From: Candidatus Poribacteria bacterium
GTDB lineage: Bacteria; Poribacteria; WGA-4E; GCA-2687025
Direction: 5' to 3'
Assembly: GCA_963665845.2 (NCBI GenBank)
Contig: OY762492.1
Coordinates: 3,008,001-3,072,000, forward strand
Length of the DNA stretch: 64,000 bases
This document shows positions 60,123 through 64,000 of the stretch, one piece after another; position 1 is the stretch's first letter; the number at the start of each line of letters is the position of its first letter. The position numbers were made by a program, and so were the translations under genes. A model generated the notes under the pieces. It was not told the DNA's origin. It ran no database searches and saw only the letters and a list, made by a program, of their open reading frames with translations.

Positions 60123-61373
60123 TCAGCCCGTCTCGGCGATGCGTTCCGACTCGCGCCGGTACGCGTTTTCATTAAACAGCAGAAAAAACGCCGCCGCCGC
60201 AACGACCGTCAACGCAATGGGAACCATATAAATCCATGTCCATTCGTATCCGCCGTCCGGCAGTTTGTAACGCCCATGGATCCATCCGCTCAAAAAATGT
60301 CCAGCCAGCATGCCAAGCCCGTTCGTGGCGAAGACGATCAACCCTTGCGCGCTCGCGCGGATGTCGGACGGGCTAAGGCGCTCCACGGCGACCATTCCGC
60401 CCACAAAGAAAAAGGCGTAGCAGACGCCATGCAGCGCCTGCGATCCGATCACCAGCCAGGTTGGCTCCCCCAGCGCGAAGATGGTATAACGAATGGGCCA
60501 GGCAAGTATCCCTAACAGGATCGTTGTTTTCATGCCGAGGCGCCGTATCGACGGAAACAGCAGCAGCATGACCAGTATCTCGGCTACCTGTCCGATCGTC
60601 ATGGCGAAGGTTGCCGAACTGCTTGGGAGGCCGATTCCCGCCGCCGCGTCCGTAAAGAAAAGAAAGGTGAGGTTGTAGTAAAACGGCAGCTCAATCGCCA
60701 CCAGAAACGAGATGATGAGCAGCGCCGCAAAGTTGCGGTTGCGCATCAACGAGAGCGCTTCTAGGAACGCATACGGGTTTTTCGCCTCTTTGGCGGGGGG
60801 CGTTTTCGGAAGCGTGAGGCAGTAGACGCCCATCAGAACGCCGACGCAGGCGGCAAGAAGCAGCGAATCCCCCACCTTGCCGCCGCTCATCCCTTGCCCT
60901 TCCCAGTGAGCCAGATACCGCGCCAACGCCCAGTTGACCGCGATCCAGCCGATCGTTCCCCAAACGCGGACGGCGCCGAACTTCTCCGATTCGCCCAGAT
61001 GCCGAAACGCGACCGCGTTGGTGAGCGCGACGGTCGGCATATACAGAATGGCGTGGATCAGAATCGCCGTCCAGAACGGCGCGAACTCGGTCTGTCGATG
61101 CGTAAAGAACAGCGCGCCGGCAGAGAGAAAATGCGACGCGGCGGCGAAGTATTGAGCCGAGACGAATCGGTCGGCGATCCAACCGGCAATCAACGGCGAC
61201 AGCAGCGAGCCGAACGCTGTCGTGCCAAACACGAGCGCCATCTGAAACTCGGTGAATTCCAGATACTGCATATGCCCCGCAATCACCGGCGCCCAGAAAC
61301 CCCAAATCGCGAACTGGAGCAGCATCATGAGGGAGAGGCGCGGGTATGCAAGGCGCGTTTGAGGCATCGTCAT
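60123..61373 (-). CDS. MFS transporter, nucleoside:H+ symporter (NupG-like)
   Basis: RLSLMMLLQFAIWG, IADRF, VRVWGTIGWI, GQVAE, IRASAQGL. Confidence 0.85.
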   Translation of the reverse strand: MTMPQTRLAYPRLSLMMLLQFAIWGFWAPVIAGHMQYLEFTEFQMALVFGTTAFGSLLSPLIAGWIADRFVSAQYFAAASHFLSAGALFFTHRQTEFAPFWTAILIHAILYMPTVALTNAVAFRHLGESEKFGAVRVWGTIGWIAVNWALARYLAHWEGQGMSGGKVGDSLLLAACVGVLMGVYCLTLPKTPPAKEAKNPYAFLEALSLMRNRNFAALLIISFLVAIELPFYYNLTFLFFTDAAAGIGLPSSSATFAMTIGQVAEILVMLLLFPSIRRLGMKTTILLGILAWPIRYTIFALGEPTWLVIGSQALHGVCYAFFFVGGMVAVERLSPSDIRASAQGLIVFATNGLGMLAGHFLSGWIHGRYKLPDGGYEWTWIYMVPIALTVVAAAAFFLLFNENAYRRESERIAETG

Positions 61374-61427
61374 TCTCACAGGAACGAAGCGCCCCGGCGA
61401 AACCGAGGCGCTTCAGTCAGGGTCGGT

Positions 61428-62231
61428 TCACTGCGTCTTGACCGCCGCCCATGTGGAGGTCAATTTGCCGGCAGGATCGACCGATGTCGGCACGTCGGTG
61501 ACACTGTCGGCGAGCGTGTGCGCGTCGTCCAGACCGCCGGAGCCGACCGCCAAGTAGAACGCGATCGGGTCGCTTGTCTGCCCTGCGGTCAGGTCTTGGG
61601 ACAGGTTGTCATGGATAAGGTGCATCCGCCCGTCCGCCTGCCATGCGTCATTCACCGCCGCCGTTCCGTTCTCGGTGTACATGGCAAAGTACCCGTCGCT
61701 GTTTGCGAAGGCGACATGGTGGAATGGGTCTTCCCACAGCATATACTGATTTTCAGCGCCTTTTCCGTTGCGCGGTTCGCACATCGGCTCATGCCCGTTG
61801 GTGAGCGATGCCAAGGCGGCGCTCGCTTCAATGGCGAGCTCATGCTTGAAGTAGGGGACGCCGTCCCAGTAGGTGGCGGTGACATGGTACAGCTTGCTGC
61901 CGCCGTCGTTCATGACATATTTCATGACAAGGTAGCCGCCTCCTTCTTCGACGATGTTCACCTCAGCGGCGGCTCCCCAGTCGCGCCATCCGCCGTAGTT
62001 GGAGGAGTGGTAGAAATTGCGCCCCTGGTCGGCTCCGAGAAGGCTGCCCCCGTCCACAATCGCTTGCGAGTAGCCGGCTTGCGCCGCCACTTTGAAGTGA
62101 ACCGTGTACCCGTCCGTTTCAATGATCCAGACGCCGTTGTCTTCCGAAACTGACACCGCCGACGCATGGCTGACTCCGAGCGCCATGACAACGGAAATGA
62201 GAAGGCTCAACAGCGTTTTACGAATGTTCAT
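61428..62231 (-). CDS. Secreted hypothetical protein, tandem paralog 3, with VDPxGKL..W tag
   Basis: Signal peptide; FKVAAQAGYSQA, FYHSSNYGGW, ATYWDG; ends TSVDPAGKLTSTWAAVKTQ. Confidence 0.8.
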   Translation of the reverse strand: MNIRKTLLSLLISVVMALGVSHASAVSVSEDNGVWIIETDGYTVHFKVAAQAGYSQAIVDGGSLLGADQGRNFYHSSNYGGWRDWGAAAEVNIVEEGGGYLVMKYVMNDGGSKLYHVTATYWDGVPYFKHELAIEASAALASLTNGHEPMCEPRNGKGAENQYMLWEDPFHHVAFANSDGYFAMYTENGTAAVNDAWQADGRMHLIHDNLSQDLTAGQTSDPIAFYLAVGSGGLDDAHTLADSVTDVPTSVDPAGKLTSTWAAVKTQ

Positions 62232-62285
62232 GCGATTCCTTTCAGTAGTTGCGCCGCGCCTCAACTGCGCGGCATTTGAGTGAGA

Positions 62286-63101
62286 TTACCGTTTCAATTG
62301 CGCCCAGCGGGTCGCAAGCTTGTCTTTTGGATCGACCGAGAGCGAGGCGGGTTCTTCGGTGACCTGATCAGCCAGTTCATGCGCATCGTCCAAGTCGCCA
62401 GGTCCGAGCGCAAGGTAGTACACAAGCGGATCGCTTGATTCGTCCTCCTTCAGATTGACGCCCTGTTCATTGTGAAGCAGATGCATGCGTCCGTCTCCCC
62501 CGCCCCCCCAAGCGGCATTGAACGCCGTTGCGCCGACTTCGGTGTACATGGCAAAATAAGAGCCGTCGGTCTCCATCGCCACATGGGGGAACGGGTCGTC
62601 CCACTCCATATATTGGTTGCCTGCGCCTTTGCCGTTGTGCGGCTCCACCATCGGTTCGTGACCGTGGCTGAGCGACAACACCGGATTTTTCGCCGTCACG
62701 ACCAGCTCATGTTTGAAATACGGCGCGCCGTCCCAGTAGGTGGCGGTGACTTCATAAACTTTGCTTTTGTTGTCGTCCACGGTGTATTTCATGATGAGCG
62801 TTTTGTTGGTGTTGGAAATCTCTTTCACATCCACCGCCATTCCCCAGTCTGTCCAGCCGGCGTAGTTGGCGGAATGGTAGAAATTGCGCCCTGCCGCTCC
62901 GAAGAGCGACTCCGCCCCCGCTTCAGTGGAGGGGAACGCTTGCGAGTAGCCCGCCTGCGCCGCTACTTTGAAATGCAGCACATAACTATCGGTTTGGATG
63001 GTCCAGACGCCGCCGTTTTCATCCACTTCCACGGCGCCGAGATCCGATGCGAACGCCACCAAAAAGCAAAGGGCGGCGGCAGCCGTCAACAGCCTTTTCA
63101 T
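62286..63101 (-). CDS. Secreted hypothetical protein, tandem paralog 2
   Basis: RBS AAGGAGG, signal peptide, same motifs; ends LSVDPKDKLATRWAQLKR. Confidence 0.8.
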   Translation of the reverse strand: MKRLLTAAAALCFLVAFASDLGAVEVDENGGVWTIQTDSYVLHFKVAAQAGYSQAFPSTEAGAESLFGAAGRNFYHSANYAGWTDWGMAVDVKEISNTNKTLIMKYTVDDNKSKVYEVTATYWDGAPYFKHELVVTAKNPVLSLSHGHEPMVEPHNGKGAGNQYMEWDDPFPHVAMETDGSYFAMYTEVGATAFNAAWGGGGDGRMHLLHNEQGVNLKEDESSDPLVYYLALGPGDLDDAHELADQVTEEPASLSVDPKDKLATRWAQLKR

Positions 63102-63232
63102 TTTTCAGCCTCCTTTCAATCAGCCAGCCGAGCCTCCCGCTGAAAAGGAAACTCGGCGTAAAATAGAATGAACGCCTTTTTTTACCATATCTTATCGGCG
63201 GCGTCAACATACAATGCAAAGCGTCGCGCGGC

Positions 63233-63383
63233 TAAAACCCCCCTAGCCCCCCTTTTCAAGGGGGGAATCGGACGCGGCGCCTTCAAGGGGGAATCGAGCG
63301 CCGCGCTTTCAAGGGGGAATCGAACGCCGCGCGGCTAAAACCCCCCTAACCCCCTTTTCAAGGGGGAATCGGATGCGGCGCCG
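63233..63383. repeat. Intergenic CCCCCCTTTTCAAGGGGGGAATCG repeat cluster
   Basis: Two full and two partial units. Confidence 0.8.
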
Positions 63384-63386
63384 TAC

Positions 63387-64000
63387 TCAAAACGAGCGTT
63401 TCAAATCCGCCCAGCGCATCGCCAGCTTCTCCGCCGGGTCAACCGACAGCGACGCCGGCTCCTGCGTAACCTGTTCAGCCAGATCATGCGCGTCGTCCAG
63501 ATCGCCCGTTCCCGCCGCCATGTAGTACACCAGCGGATCGCTCGAATCGCCCTCTTTTAGTTGGACGCCAAGATCGTTGTGGCTCAGATGCATGCGCCCG
63601 TCCGGCGCCCATCCGCCGGCAGCGATGGCGGTTCCCATCTCCGTATACAACGCGAAAAAGCCGTTCTCATTCGCAAACGCCGCATGCGCAATCGGAGCGT
63701 CCCAAGCCTGATATTCGTTGTCGGCGCCCATGCCGTTTCGAGGCTCGCTCATCGGCTCATGGTTGTCTGAAAACGAAACGACAGGCTTTTTCGCCTTCAC
63801 AACCACCTCATGTTTCCAGTACGGCGCGCCGTCCCAGTAGGTGGCGGTGACCTCATACACTTTGCTGTCGCCGTCGTCCAAGGTGTAGCGCATGATGAGC
63901 GTGTTGTTGGCGTTGGAAATCTCCTCCACATCCACCGCGGTTCCCCAGTCTATCCAACCGTTGTAATTGGCGGCGTGGTAGAATGTTCGCGGCTGCCCCG
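63387..64000 (-). CDS. Secreted hypothetical protein, tandem paralog 1 (5' end beyond the window)
   Basis: Frame open to the edge (FYHAANYNGWIDWG); ends LSVDPAEKLAMRWADLKRSF. Confidence 0.8.
   Translation of the reverse strand, partial: GQPRTFYHAANYNGWIDWGTAVDVEEISNANNTLIMRYTLDDGDSKVYEVTATYWDGAPYWKHEVVVKAKKPVVSFSDNHEPMSEPRNGMGADNEYQAWDAPIAHAAFANENGFFALYTEMGTAIAAGGWAPDGRMHLSHNDLGVQLKEGDSSDPLVYYMAAGTGDLDDAHDLAEQVTQEPASLSVDPAEKLAMRWADLKRSF

Noticed and set aside
60110-60175. Frameshifted MFS-kinase fusion
   Set aside because: The MFS ends normally, the kinase frame has stop codons shortly upstream, and no slippery site is evident

Overview
A GC-rich bacterial chromosomal window, most likely from a Candidatus Poribacteria-like organism. 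That is an inference from the WD40-Ig exported proteins, the 'VDPxxKLxxxWxxxK' C-terminal tags and a 'LPNYPNPFNPETWIP' C-terminal domain. Housekeeping content: holB, bioW, rpiB, glpK, pyrB, sufBCDSUT, kamA, folB, a sigma54 two-component pair, RND and MFS transporters, and tRNA-Thr(CGT), tRNA-Phe(GAA) and tRNA-Arg(TCG). The most striking locus is a promoter-led operon of two cytoplasmic beta/gamma-crystallin-domain proteins and a 1384-aa flotillin/SPFH protein whose stalk is about 9.5 copies of an 88-aa (4x22) repeat that varies almost only at silent sites. Other notable items: a 168-bp MITE family with 8-bp target-site duplications; intergenic mosaics of several palindromic repeats; five WD40-Ig genes; a ferredoxin-membrane-alpha-crystallin-like fusion; a PyrB carrying a PyrI-type Zn finger; and a shared C-terminal tag on four secreted proteins. 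No CRISPR array, transposase, integrase or reverse transcriptase was seen. All product calls come from motif recognition by eye, with no database searches.
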